The position numbers and the translations under genes are program-made. Of a stretch of 64,000 nucleotides of DNA, positions 21,301 through 34,175 are shown piece by piece. Position 1 is the stretch's first letter. Each line of letters begins with the position of its first letter. The notes beneath the pieces were generated by a model that ran no database searches, was not told the DNA's origin, and was given only the letters and a program-made list of their open reading frames with translations. This DNA is from Neoechinorhynchus agilis (Eukaryota > Animalia > Acanthocephala): assembly GCA_051530055.1 (NCBI GenBank), contig JBMGUZ010000007.1, positions 19,178 to 83,177 of the forward strand, in the 5' to 3' direction.

Positions 21301-23762
21301 ACGGGCTGACCAAGGATCCGAAACTTTTGACATCGCGTAAACTAAAGGTCGATGATCAGTGTTAATCGTAAACGATCGGCCCTCGGCGTAATATCGAAAA
21401 TGTCGGACAGCGAGATACATGGCCAGATGCTCGCGATCGAAGGTGCTGTACCGTTGTTCAGGTTTACTCAATTGTTTGTCGAAACAACGCCAATAGCGAA
21501 CTCGGATGCATCCGTACTGATAGAAATTGGTGCGTCGGTCACTGCATGTGAAAGCATCGTTGCGTTTGCTAGAGCGGCTTCATTTTTTTCGAATGCTGAA
21601 GCCATTTCAACTGTCCAAGAAAAACCTCGTAGATTTGTTTGCCAGATAACGCTTGGTAGAGCGGACGCATCAGACGGGCTGCCGAAGGGATGAAATTATG
21701 ATAATAATTTACCGTACCAACAAATCCTTGCAAAGCTTTGGTGGATGTTGGAGGAGGGAAACTGCGAATCGCGCCTACTTTATCTGGCAATTGTACTGCA
21801 GCCCGTCCATTGACACGGTGTCCCAGGAAATCGATTTGTTCTACCCCGAACTCACACTTATCTGGGTTCAGAACGAGGCCGTACTCTGAGAGTCGATCGA
21901 ACAATCTTCGTAGGTGTTTCCTGTGCTCGGATCGATTTGAACTCGCGATCAGTATATCATCTAAGTAGACGAAAGCAAAATCCATACCTGAACAAACCGT
22001 ATCCATTAACCGCTGGAATGTTTGTGCAGCATTTTTCAACCCGAAAGGAATACGAAGAAATTCAAAAAGGCCAAAAGGCGTAATAATCACAGTTTTTGGT
22101 ATGTCTTGTTCCGCCACCCGAATTTGATGATACCCTCGGACGAGGTCTATTTTCGAGAAAATCGTTGTTCCAGCGAGTTTAGCTGAAAAACCTTGTATTC
22201 GAGGAATCGGATATCTGTCGGGCGTTGTGATATCATTTAGCCTGCGGTAATAACCACAAGGACGCCATCCACCGCCTGATTTGGGCACGAGATACAACGG
22301 AGACGACCACTGGCTATTTGAGCGTCTAATGATTCCAAGATCCTCCATATTTTTGAATTCGGATTTAGTAATAGCGAGTTTATTGGGTGGGAGGCGTCGC
22401 GGTCTAGCATGGAGTGGTTGTCCTTGTGTCTCAATAATGTGCTCCACTACATGTTTGGTCGAAACGTCCGAAAAGGTAGGTCTCGTTATATCGGGGAAAT
22501 CTGCGAGAATTTTACTAAATTCTTCGTTCTTCGATCCGAGGAAATCGACGCTGAGGGCTTCTATCGATACAGGAACGGAGGCTAATGGTATCGTTGCGAA
22601 AGTTTCTGCTCTAACCAGCTGCTTATTCCTTACGTCGACCAGCAAACCTGAGTGTCGAAGGAAATCAGCGCCTAGGATAGGGTGTTTAACCGCGGCAAGA
22701 GTGAACATCCATTCCGTCTGAGTTTTACCGAAATTCAACTGCAGTAGCTTATTGCCGAATGTTGGGACTGTTGAACCGTTTGCAGCTGTAAGTGCTCCGC
22801 CAGAGTGCTTGGTCTGTTTATCGAGTGTTGTGGCTGGAAGGGCGCTGACTTCGGCACCAGTATCGACTAGGAACCGTCGTCCAGTTTGGCGTTCGTTTAG
22901 AAAAAAGAGGCTATTGACAGATGGACCGATCGTCATTGCCTCTACTAATGATCGGTCAATTCGTTTCTTGGGTTGGCTTTCAATTTGAAATCCGCCGATC
23001 GATTACAAGGTGATCTACATTTGCTTGCTGTATCTCCAAATTTACGGTGGTAATAGCATAAATCTGATACTGTTACTGAGATTTGCTTGGTCGCAATCTT
23101 TTTCTTAATTGAGGACGCTAAAGGTTATCTTGATTGCCAAATGTTGTCAGCAGCGCGTGCAAGCTCACGAGGTTCGGTTATTTTTGAATGAACTAGAATA
23201 GATCGGATCTCCTCGGGCATGCGTTCAAGAAATATTTCGCGGAATAAGAAACATGGTGGGTTGCTTTCGAGGTACGCTAGCATCTCATCCATTAACGTTG
23301 AAGGCCTTTCGCCTCCAAGCTCCCTTATGTGAAGGATTCGATTTGCCCTCTCACTTTGTGACAAACTATACGTTTCCAGCAAGCGCTTTTTGAGCTGGGC
23401 GTACTTTCCTGACTTTGGCGGTGATTCCAGAATGTCGATAATCCTTATTGTAGTGTCTTGATCAATTGAAGCAATAACGTAGTGATATTTTGTTTCATCT
23501 GTTGAAATATTTCGTAATGCAAATTGAGCCCCAGCTTGGACGAATCAGATTCGTGGTGGGGGAGCTTCAGAGAAACGGCGTTCAAGTTGCTATTCCCTTC
23601 TACTGTCGAACCACGGTCGACAGCGTCGGGGTCACCAATTGTTGTGATAGCTGACATCAGTAGATCCAAAAATCTACTGTCGCCGCACAAAAATGTTTTT
23701 TTACTCAACATAACACGGAAAACGTTAACATGGACCTTATGACGTCGTTAATGGTCACTACA
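21301..23762 (-). mobile_element. Ty3/Gypsy LTR retrotransposon, CsRn1-like, truncated in RNase H
   Basis: gag with C-x2-H-x9-C-x3-C (CYYHRKFGDTASKCRSPC), protease FLVDTGA, RT YLDD, RNase H TDAS and TDHRPL. tRNA-Trp PBS at 23624-23637; TG...CA 5' LTR at 23640-23762. Confidence 0.9.
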
Positions 23763-24232
23763 TTATTAGGTTTTTCCTGCTGTTATTACAGATAAACCTT
23801 CATCTTAGCTGGCCTCAATCTTCTCCTAATCTTTCAAAGTCAATGGCCTACTGACTGCTTCCGAAACGGTTAATTTATTTAATTCTCAAACTTAGTTAAC
23901 AAATTTCATATTGTTGTAGCAGTTAATCAATACAACTTTCTTACCATTCGAAGTAACGGCATTGGAGGCTATATTTAAATACTATCTTGAACGTCAATTA
24001 TCTCTAGTCTACAAAGAACGTATAAAACACACAAAACGAATTGATTTGAATGATTTTTGTACCTACAGAATCAACTATCCTCGCTAATTGCATAAAAATC
24101 GACGGCAAAATTAAAACAGAATTTAGATTAAAAGTCGTAAGTCTTTAGGGAAAAATGATAATTTCATTTCCTTATATCCATTTCCGATAATAAAAATAAT
24201 ACTTTAAAGCGTATAAATTTTCGTTGACTACA

Positions 24233-24434
24233 AAGTTAGGCGAAACGATTGAATTGTATCGTTCAACGGCCAGTGGTAAGTAATGAACAGAAAAATCGAT
24301 TTTGTTTCCAAAATGTTTTCATAATTTAATCCAATTTTAAGGATCGTCTAAATCGTGGATTCTGACTTTTAACGACTAAACACTTTAAGTTCCATTAAAA
24401 TTTCACTTTAGAATAAAGATATATATTTTTAACA
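24233..24434 (-). repeat. Third copy of a 202-bp segment at the palindrome junction
   Basis: Inverted relative to 19244-19445 and direct relative to 25056-25257. Confidence 0.9.
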
Positions 24435-27001
24435 GTATAAAGAATAACTGACAAAAATAATAGCAGCCTGCTAAAATGATTTATTTATGACAGATGCATA
24501 CCACATAGTTCATATTAAGAATATTCTTTTGTATGGTAGTTATTTGTCTATATCTTGAGTCGGTTTATCATTTTACTTACTTCCTGACGTCCATAAGGCT
24601 GGTATCCGAGCCAAGAGATCAGGAAAGAAATAACGAATCTATTAATATATAATAAAAGAATTATCCCCCACAGGGTAATTCGGAATCCTTAGAAGCCATA
24701 AAAGCTCAGGTCTCACATCTCTGACTCGGCTTATAAGTAGCAGCCAAATAACAATTGGTATTTAGGGAGAACTTTTACCTCGACGGGATACAACTTATAA
24801 AGTAAAAAATTGAGATAACAAAGGCTCTTATTATGGGATTTGATCATTTGTTTACGTGATTGGTATAGATGATGTAGCTTTATAGATGATTTTTGTTTTG
24901 TCTGTGAGAATGGCATCGTTTCCATATAATTGTCTGATAGCATTTCCGCCCATCGAGGAGAGTATAATTCCTTGTTGATTTGTGGCTGAGATTCATAGCG
25001 TTGACTACAGCAAAAAGTCAGCAAAATAAGCGAGCTTCATGATGAAAGTGCTGCTAAGTTAGGCAAAACGATTGAATTGTATCGTTCAACGGCCAGTGGT
25101 AAGTAATGAACAGAAAAATCGATTTTGTTTCCCAAATGTTTTCATAATTTAATCCAATTTTAAGGATCGTCTAAATCGTGGATTCTGACTTTTAACGACT
25201 AAACACTTTAAGTTCCATTAAAATTTCACTTTAGAATAAAGATATATATTTTTAACAATTCAAACAATCTGTTTGAAGAACATTAACTACCTCCCGCCAA
25301 AATCCAGCTTTTGTCCTTCCTCGACCGTCGCCATCACGCTGGCAGCATTGCCTCGTTGTACTGCCAGCGAGATATTTTGCCGAAGGAATACGCCTGCTCT
25401 CGAGTCTCCGGTTGCCTCTCTCAATTTCTTCGAGAGATCCTGTAGTAGAGAGAGTGCCGAGCGCTCCATACGTCTCTACCCCAAAGGAGACAAAATAGTG
25501 AGCCCTCGATAACTGAATATATTTCCGTATTTTCTTCCCTTCCGCTGTACTGGCGGCAGCACCGGCGATTTCGAGGGAGTAGGGAATGTTGCTGGCTGCG
25601 AGGGTGTTCACACACGTGGCGTCCCAGAGAAGGCATTTGCCCTCCCGCCACGGGAAGACCGAAATTCCGTCAGATCGGCGAACGTCTAGTCGACAAAGAT
25701 GGGTGGGCTCCAAGGTGTTGGGGAAGTTCGCCGTTCTCAACGCCCGAGAAATTACGCTGTTGATCTCAGAATGGCGTGAGAACCTTCCTCCTTACTTTCG
25801 GCAAACGAGACCGTGTTGCCCGAGAGCATCAACCAAAGACCCACATCGACAGCGATGGGGCGTGGATATCGGGAGACCAAGTCTTAAGGATACTGCGATC
25901 CTCGTTACCTCGTCAGTAAGAAGAGTTCCCACAGACGCCAGAGGACCAGCCTCCAAAAACGCCCCAGATTCTCGTGTTGAAACTGCCAACAGTCTAGCTC
26001 GGACGACCCCATCGCGAGAACCGGAAAGTAGAGAGCTGTGAGCTCTCGCGACAAGAGGCCCGTCCCAGATCGACTGTCTGAGGCCATTCACGGGAACATG
26101 GTTAGCGCCTGTCTGCTGGCACCATTCTTCAACTGCCACCACGAAATCCCGGCCAAGACAGAACTTTTCCTTCAAAATTTTCTTCGATACTGGTAGGCTC
26201 GCCTCAAACGATCCAAGAAAGGCTGGCAAAGCAAGGTCCACTAGCGCCCGAATGCCCAATCCCCCAGATGACACAGGCAATGAAGCTTGCCGCCACGCCT
26301 CATCTGAGAGCTGGACATTTAAAATACGCTCGAGTCGAGCTTAGCCAATACTTCCTTATGTTTGAAGAATGTTGCTGTGCGGACCTCATATAACAATCTG
26401 GGGATTAGAAGTGATTTTAAAAAAAAACCTATTTAATTTTAACTTTTTACACAGAATATTTATTGAGCAGCCGCAATCAAGAGAGTTTCGTTAATTTGAT
26501 GAATGCTGATTGCCAAAAGCCAAATCTATAAAAAGATTATTAAAAAAAAGCGAATATTTTGTCCTTAAAGTAAAAGTCAATGATTTACTCAACAGAACCA
26601 ATGAACGCAGAAAAAAATCCTCACATTTTAAGTTTTTGGCGATTTTACTTTCGTCCAAGGTCAAATACTTCATTGGGCTGTCTTCACACAAACAAAAAGT
26701 CACCTTTACAGAAACCAAATGAGATATTTACAAATAAATCGATTTCGATCAAAATCAAAACGACCGGCAGTTCTACATAACTACGTAAAAAAAGTCCTAA
26801 AAATTGAACTCGTTCAAAAAACGCCCAAAAGTTCTTAAAACAAATCCATGAAATACCTTCATGCGATTGAAGAAAAAATCATTTCTCATTTTGAGCCCGT
26901 AAAGAATCCTCGAAGACAGCAAAAGACCGTTCTTTCGTTTCTACGGAATCTACGCTTTCTTCGCTTTTCTCCGAGAACCTAAAAGTTGTTCCGAACAATC
27001 G

Positions 27002-28002
27002 ATGGTGAGTTTTTGGGAATTCTCAGTGGCAAGTGATGACGTTCAATGATAGGTCCGATTTCCTGAAGATATTAAAGCCGAATGTTCTGATGCCATTTCG
27101 CGCGACTTGAATTCTTTAACCTTTTTTTTCCCGATCGCAGGCTCCGAAGAAGCAAAAGTCCGGCAAAAAGAAAGTGGCCAAGGCTCCTTCCGTGGCTCAG
27201 AAGGCCGCCCAACAGACCTTAAAGCACAAAAAAGAAAAGAATTCGTTGTATAGACCAACCATTAAGACTTACGGAATTGGTCAGGCGATTCGTCCGAAAC
27301 GCGATTTGAGTCGATTCGTTCGATGGCCTCGATACGTTCGAATCCAGCGACAACGCGCAGTTCTTCTTAAGCGTCTTAAAGTTCCCCCTCCAATCAATCA
27401 ATTTCGATTTACTCTTAAGAGACAAATCGCGCAGAATGTTTTGAAACTTCTTGAAAAATACCATCCTGAAAATCGGTACGCCCGCCGCCTCAAATTAAAA
27501 CAGGAAGCAAAAGCTCGAGCGGAAGGGAAACAAATCGATCAGAGTCCTTCGAAGAGGTATTTGATTTGTGGAATCAATCAAGTGACGAGACTCATCGAAA
27601 AGAAGAAAGTGCAATTGGTTATCATTGCCCACGATATTGATCCATTGGAGATTGTCTTGCATTTACCTGCTTTGTGCCGTAAAATGGGAGTTCCTTACGC
27701 GATTGTAAAGAGCAAAAGTCGTTTAGGCCAAGTTGTTGGTCGAAAGACCGTCACTTGTCTTGCACTTGAGAACGTGAGACCCGAAGATAAGAATGCTTTA
27801 AAAACGATCGTTGAAGCAGTTCGAGCTGATTTTAACGATCGGGTCGATGAGGTAGGTTTCGAAAACTTTGGAAAGTTACGGTCGTCTTTTGTTTTAGATC
27901 CGTAAACAATGGGGCGGAGGTCTTCTTGGTAACAAGTCCAAACATCGACTTGATAAGATTGAGAAGACAAGAGAACGGGAACTTCAGCAGAGGCTTGGAT
28001 AA
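27002..28002 (+). CDS. RPL7A: 60S ribosomal protein L7a (eL8); exons 27002-27004, 27141-27851, 27898-28002
   Basis: IQPKRDL-like [50 protein letters not shown] introns of 136 and 46 nt restore ATG-APKK and IRKQWGGG...stop. Confidence 0.95.
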
Positions 28003-28367
28003 AGAAGTTTTTGTTAGTTGAGAAAGCTTGCGGGACATTGAACAACGGTTTCCTGAAATTTTCGGAAAAGCAGGTGCTGAGTTTTTTCGTCTTGAATTGT
28101 ACATCTCGATGAAGACAGAGATGTTTTTGACGTTGGGTTTTGTATCTGGGCCCTCTTCTATGTCCAGGTTTGTCCCGGAAATATTGCAACCCTTTTCTGT
28201 GATCGGAGATCATCTTTACGGTGACAGTGGTCGCTGTTTGATTTCTTTTCAACCGAATAAAATGTCTTATCTTATAGACCACGGATCACTTTTTTGTGGT
28301 CATGCCTTAACGGTACAAACCGCGTTTTTTTTCGAAAGTTCTCGGTGCAATCTTGTAAATATAAATT

Positions 28368-28694
<327 letters not shown>

Positions 28695-31600
28695 AATTTC
28701 GCTTCATTGATCGTATTTTTAACATTATCTGTACTTTTTCACTCGATGCGGCGTTTGCACATATAACCTTTGAGAATAATCACGTTTTTAAATAATCATT
28801 TGAGATAGGACTGTTGTTACTATCCCGGAACGACGGTAAACGCCCTGATGGAGCCCCCCCTATGGTGCTCCGGGAAAATACTGGTTTGGGATTTTACCTG
28901 CCCCAACACGCTCGCAGCATCCCACTTACGGAATGTCATTTCAAAAGCGGGAGCAGTCGCCAGCTTCAGCGAGGAAAAGAAGCGGCAGAAGTACTCCTCG
29001 CTCGTTGGGCATCAATATATTTTCATCCCGATTGCGGTGGAAACACTGGGATGCCTCGGAAAAGAAGCCGATTATTTCATCTCCTGGCTAGGAAAGATGC
29101 TAAAACATGCCACCGGCGATATGCGCTCCAGCAGCTTCCGGTTGCAGCGAATCAGCGCGGCAATCAGCTGATTAACAATCGTGGCGACAGTTGCAGAATT
29201 GGACGAAAAGTAGGAATTTGTGAACGAAAAGCAAATGTAAAGATTTTCGAACTTTAGCCGTCTTCCTCAAGAATCTACAAAAGGCGCATGGAGATGTGAA
29301 GTTCGTTAAAGTAGCGATATCGAAGCTTAATGGCAAAAACCACAGAATCGTTCAACAGGCTGGACTAACTTTCCGCAGTGATGTCGCTATTTTAACGAAC
29401 TTCACATCTCCGTGCGCCTTTGGACTTTCCCGAGGAAGCGGTTGGACTACGAAAGCTCGAAAATAAAGATTCTAGCATTTCAACAGCCCACCCAAGTATC
29501 CTCAGAGATATGCTTTAAAGCACACCTCCTGCAAATCTTCAGTCGAAGAATTTCATGCACTAAATTCGGTTTCCGGTCTGTCTTTTCGTGTACGCATGGA
29601 CTTCTTTGCATCTACGATTCTCTTCTTTATAATCTCGACGCACACTCTATATTTATCTCTCGACTCATCCAAATTGACATTCATAAAACTTTTGGTTCCA
29701 TCGATCAAAATCTTTTTGATACATGCTCGAAATCCTTCCAGCGATCTTCTTCGCATATCAAACCTTCTGTAATTTTTCTTCTAACCTATTCCAAAAACTT
29801 AATACATTCCACGAGAGGTACGCTCTAATCTGCTCCTCCGAACTCGTAGTAGAACATCTCGCTCTAATGTTCCAAAAGCACTCAAAGCGCCTTCATTGGC
29901 GCTGCTCGGTTCCTTGAAAATGCATTGGCACGCTTAATCGACCAATTTGCATGGGAAGAGTTGATTCCGAAAGCAATTGAGCTATTTTTCGGCGCATGTT
30001 TGTGTGCCCTCGCAAAAAAAGGAAGGAGGAATTCGCCCCATTGCAATTGGCACAACTCTGCGCCGCTAAACGGCAAAATTTTTAAATAAAAGGATCACGC
30101 AAAAAGTAGGGATACTGCATCGCCCGACTCAGTTGGGCTGCTGTACACCTTGTGGCACATGGGCGATTGCTCATTCACTCCGCACGTTCATCACCGAAAA
30201 CTCAAAACCGAGCGTGATCTTGAAATGTGATTTCAAAAATGCATTCAACACTGTTCCCTTAGCAGATTTGCCCGAAGTAGTTGGAGATCACGCCGGAAGC
30301 ATTTTGATATTTCGTTAATGCCTATGGGACTACCACTTGATGTTGTCTCTCTCGTCCAGCTTTAACGGCTGGTACCTGGATGATGCAACGCTCGGGGGTC
30401 ACCCCTCTGTTGTACTGCGCGATTTGGAGACGCTCGTGAAGGAGACGGCGAAAATTGGAATTGAATCGAATGCAGCGAAATGCGAGATTTTAGTGATGAA
30501 CGTGGAAGATGAGGCGTGCAGGCAAACTATAATGAAAGATTTTCAGAACCTGGCCCCCGGGATAGAATTGATCCCTCAAGACCAGTTGTTTTCTAGTAAG
30601 TTGCATTTTCGGTTCTTATGTTCAAGCAGAGATTGCCAATTTTCAACCGCAACTTTCGGTGCTGTACGAACGAGTTGATGAATTATCTTCACATGAGGCT
30701 CTGTTCCAGATCAGAAACACCTCTTTATTCCAAAATTGGTGTATAAGCTTCGCACAGAACCTTTTTTAGACATAAGGATAAGCAACCTTACTCGAGAAAA
30801 TTTTAAATACTCAGCTGTCTGAGGCGTCCTTTCCTGTGTCGTCCTGCGTTTTGGGTATCCGAAAAGCAGCCGATATTTGTCTGTCAGCTTATTTGAGATC
30901 ATCTGAAGCAAGCCGCAAAATAGTTAAATCCGTTCTGAGCGAAAATTACACTTTGGATGAAGATTTCGTTGGGGCGCTTTATCTTTGGTGTGGAGATTCA
31001 ATCAGCGACGCGGTACCCGTCAATGGTTGCAAACAATCAGTTTGGGACTCACGCCCTGGTACCGAGAATTCATAACTCGTTAATTTCAGATGCTCGTGAC
31101 CTGGTGAACCGAACTCGATTGGGTGCAGTCTCTACTAGAGAATCGAGTGTTTGGCTCAACGCTATCCCAATCGCCTCTGTTGGCCCCTGAGATTTGGATA
31201 CCGGTGCGTACATCCCATCGCTGCCGTTGTGGAGCGACCGTGGAACCATCGGAACGCCATGGTTTCGTCTGTCAGCAATCAGGTGAGAGGTATTCTCGAC
31301 ACGCCGAAGTGAACACAATTCTCTTAGTCGTACCCTGAATAATTTGAATTCGCACATCCTAGAGCCGAGCAATCTTTGCCGACTCGATGGCCGCCGTAGA
31401 TCGGACGGTGTCACAGTATTCCCGTGGCGATGGGAGGCAAATGCCTTCTCTGAAACGCCGTTCGCAGCCAGCAACATAAAATTCGCCACTTAAACCAGGT
31501 GAAGCAGCAATCGCCTCTGAGGAACGCAAAAGGACAAAATACATTGACGTGAGTCGAAATCATTATTTTGTTACCTTTGGCGATAAGACACTCGAGTCGC

Positions 31601-32255
31601 TTGGTACCGGGGCATAGGACCTGGTCAAGCAATTGTCTAAGAGGTCGAGACGAATCACTGGCGATCCGAGATCAGGAGCATTCCTCCTACAAAACATAAG
31701 TCTGGCGGTGCAATGGGAGGGAACGCTGCATCCGTCCTTTCGACCGTTACACCAGGACAGCAGCTGAATGACTCAGAGCGGTACTATGAATGATTTCATG
31801 TTTGTGTAAAATTATTAAAATGTTTTTATTTTTGAAAACCGTCATTCTTGAATTGCCTGGCTAATTCCTTTCATCTCGACAGAGGCCTTATTCAGATTTG
31901 GGAAATAAGGTTATTTTGGGACAAGCTACACGCTTTAACTTCAATAAAACAAGAAATGATCATTCCATTTAGCCTTTGCGACTTGAACGTCTTTCGATTA
32001 AATGATAAAAGCATCGCTGCAATTAAACGAACCATGAAATGTCATTGCCCTTGGCAAAAAGAGATGTACGAATACATTGAGTTTGCCGTATAATAAGAAA
32101 TGATGTAATGCTTTTTTGACTTTTAACTAAGACAAAAAAAGGGATGAAACCCTAGAAAATGCAGTTGACTAGTGATTCATAAGATTTGAGGCTTTAAATT
32201 CAACTTGCATATAAAATTAAACGAAAAGAAAGTCTTGTATCTCCCTTCAACTAAA

Positions 32256-34175
32256 ATGGCGGTTAAAAATCTGCTCGTTCTAATCCTCGGATTAAACTTT
32301 TGTTATGGAACTAATGGACTAAATCGCTGTACACTTCAATACCCAAAATACGATGAAGTATACATTGCGTGCTCAACAGCGATATCAAGCAAATCATTAT
32401 CAAGTGTTTTGAGCAGTATAAGAGGAAATAAAACGATCAATCGAATAACTATAGAATTTGCTTTTTTCGACGACATTGTAAGCAGCCGCGGTCACATCCT
32501 TACAAATGTTAGGGACGTATCTTTATATTGTTGGAGAAATCAATATGTGATTATTACCATCACGAAATTTCTCATGTATAAATTCAGGCATTGTAGAAGA
32601 CTTCAAATCCAAAACGCAAGATTTGGATATATCGAAGATGATGCGTTTGAAGGTTTTGACAATTTGATCGATCTCGATTTGAGTGAAAATAATTTGTGGC
32701 GCTTGGGCTTGAATATGCACGTGGATCTCTGCAATCTTCAATCACTTTACTTGTCGCGTAATAATTTAAGTAATGATTGCCTCAATGTTGTCGAGCAGAT
32801 GAAAAGTTTGAAGGTTTTAGACTTGTCCAATAATTTAATTGAACAATTCTTGTTAACCGGTCAATTCAATTTTGATAGACTGGAAAATTTACAGATAATA
32901 TATAATCCTTTAAATGAGATAAATTTGAGTCGCCTGGCTAAATCTAAGAATCTTACAATCCTGGAACTTTCATACCGAGGAGATTTAAATAAATTGTTCA
33001 AAGAGGAATTTCAATTCGAAAAATTGAAGAAATTTATTGTACACGGTGGAATCGCTCACAGTTTGAATTCAACGATTCTAGCCAGAATGCCAGAAGTCAA
33101 AGCTGTGAAGATTTTCGGCTCAAATCTTGAAGAAGTGCCACGTGGAAACAATCGGACGAAAAAGTTAATTCTAAAAAGAAATCATTTACATATAATTGAG
33201 CATAACAACTTCGATTCGTGGACAAATGTTACCAAATTGGATCTGTCATGGAACAGAATCGTGCAGATACCCAAGAATGCATTTTTTCCGCTGAAAAAAC
33301 TTGAAGTACTTAATCTCGGGCAAAATTTCCTTTTGATCTCGCTTCCGACGGGAATTTTTCGAAACAACGAATTACTTCAAAAACTCATATTATCAAATAC
33401 TAATTTTTATTTTTTCGATGATGATGTTTTTAAAAACGTTAAACATTTACGGTACCTGGACGTATCAAATAACTCGATGACCGGCATTGATGTATATGCA
33501 CTGGGTTCAAAAACGATCGATTATTGTTTGGTAAAAAATAATCCCTTTTTTTATATTCTAATATACGATATCGCTAAAAAGTCTACGGATACATATTTTT
33601 CAATGCGTGCTCTTTCCAAATTTATGCCCGAACCGACACGAGTAGCTGCTGGTGTATACGATTTTGTTGCGGTTCTTGAGGAAACAACGAATTTTACTTT
33701 ACTTAGCTGGAAATACCTTATACGAATACAAGATGTTCGACTCTTTATCCGTGGTAATGCGTCCTCAATCGATTTGAGTTATAATCAGATATCGGAAATT
33801 ACTTACGACGATTTCGAAGACTTGAGAACTCTTGAATTTCTTTGTCTTCAGTTTAATCGGATTCAGAAAATAGCTCCTCGGGCGTTTAGAAATACTCCTC
33901 GGTTAAGAATGCTCGACCTCGCTAATAATCAATTGAAAGATTTAGACGTTATCAACATGTTTTACGGTCTTGATCGACTCTTTTATCTTGGCATTGCAAA
34001 CAATGGATTCTCGATATTTCCATCCCATCACTTGACTGATCTCGGCAATCTAAAAATTCTTAATATTTCCGGCAACCCGATACGCGAATTTTACAGTAAA
34101 CCTTTCAAGGATCATCAATCTTTACAAACAATTGAAATGAATAATACAAATATTGAACTAATTTACGATCTCTAA
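32256..34175 (+). CDS. Signal-peptide LRR protein, mirror copy
   Basis: Identical translation to the left-arm copy. Confidence 0.85.
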   Translation: MAVKNLLVLILGLNFCYGTNGLNRCTLQYPKYDEVYIACSTAISSKSLSSVLSSIRGNKTINRITIEFAFFDDIVSSRGHILTNVRDVSLYCWRNQYVIITITKFLMYKFRHCRRLQIQNARFGYIEDDAFEGFDNLIDLDLSENNLWRLGLNMHVDLCNLQSLYLSRNNLSNDCLNVVEQMKSLKVLDLSNNLIEQFLLTGQFNFDRLENLQIIYNPLNEINLSRLAKSKNLTILELSYRGDLNKLFKEEFQFEKLKKFIVHGGIAHSLNSTILARMPEVKAVKIFGSNLEEVPRGNNRTKKLILKRNHLHIIEHNNFDSWTNVTKLDLSWNRIVQIPKNAFFPLKKLEVLNLGQNFLLISLPTGIFRNNELLQKLILSNTNFYFFDDDVFKNVKHLRYLDVSNNSMTGIDVYALGSKTIDYCLVKNNPFFYILIYDIAKKSTDTYFSMRALSKFMPEPTRVAAGVYDFVAVLEETTNFTLLSWKYLIRIQDVRLFIRGNASSIDLSYNQISEITYDDFEDLRTLEFLCLQFNRIQKIAPRAFRNTPRLRMLDLANNQLKDLDVINMFYGLDRLFYLGIANNGFSIFPSHHLTDLGNLKILNISGNPIREFYSKPFKDHQSLQTIEMNNTNIELIYDL

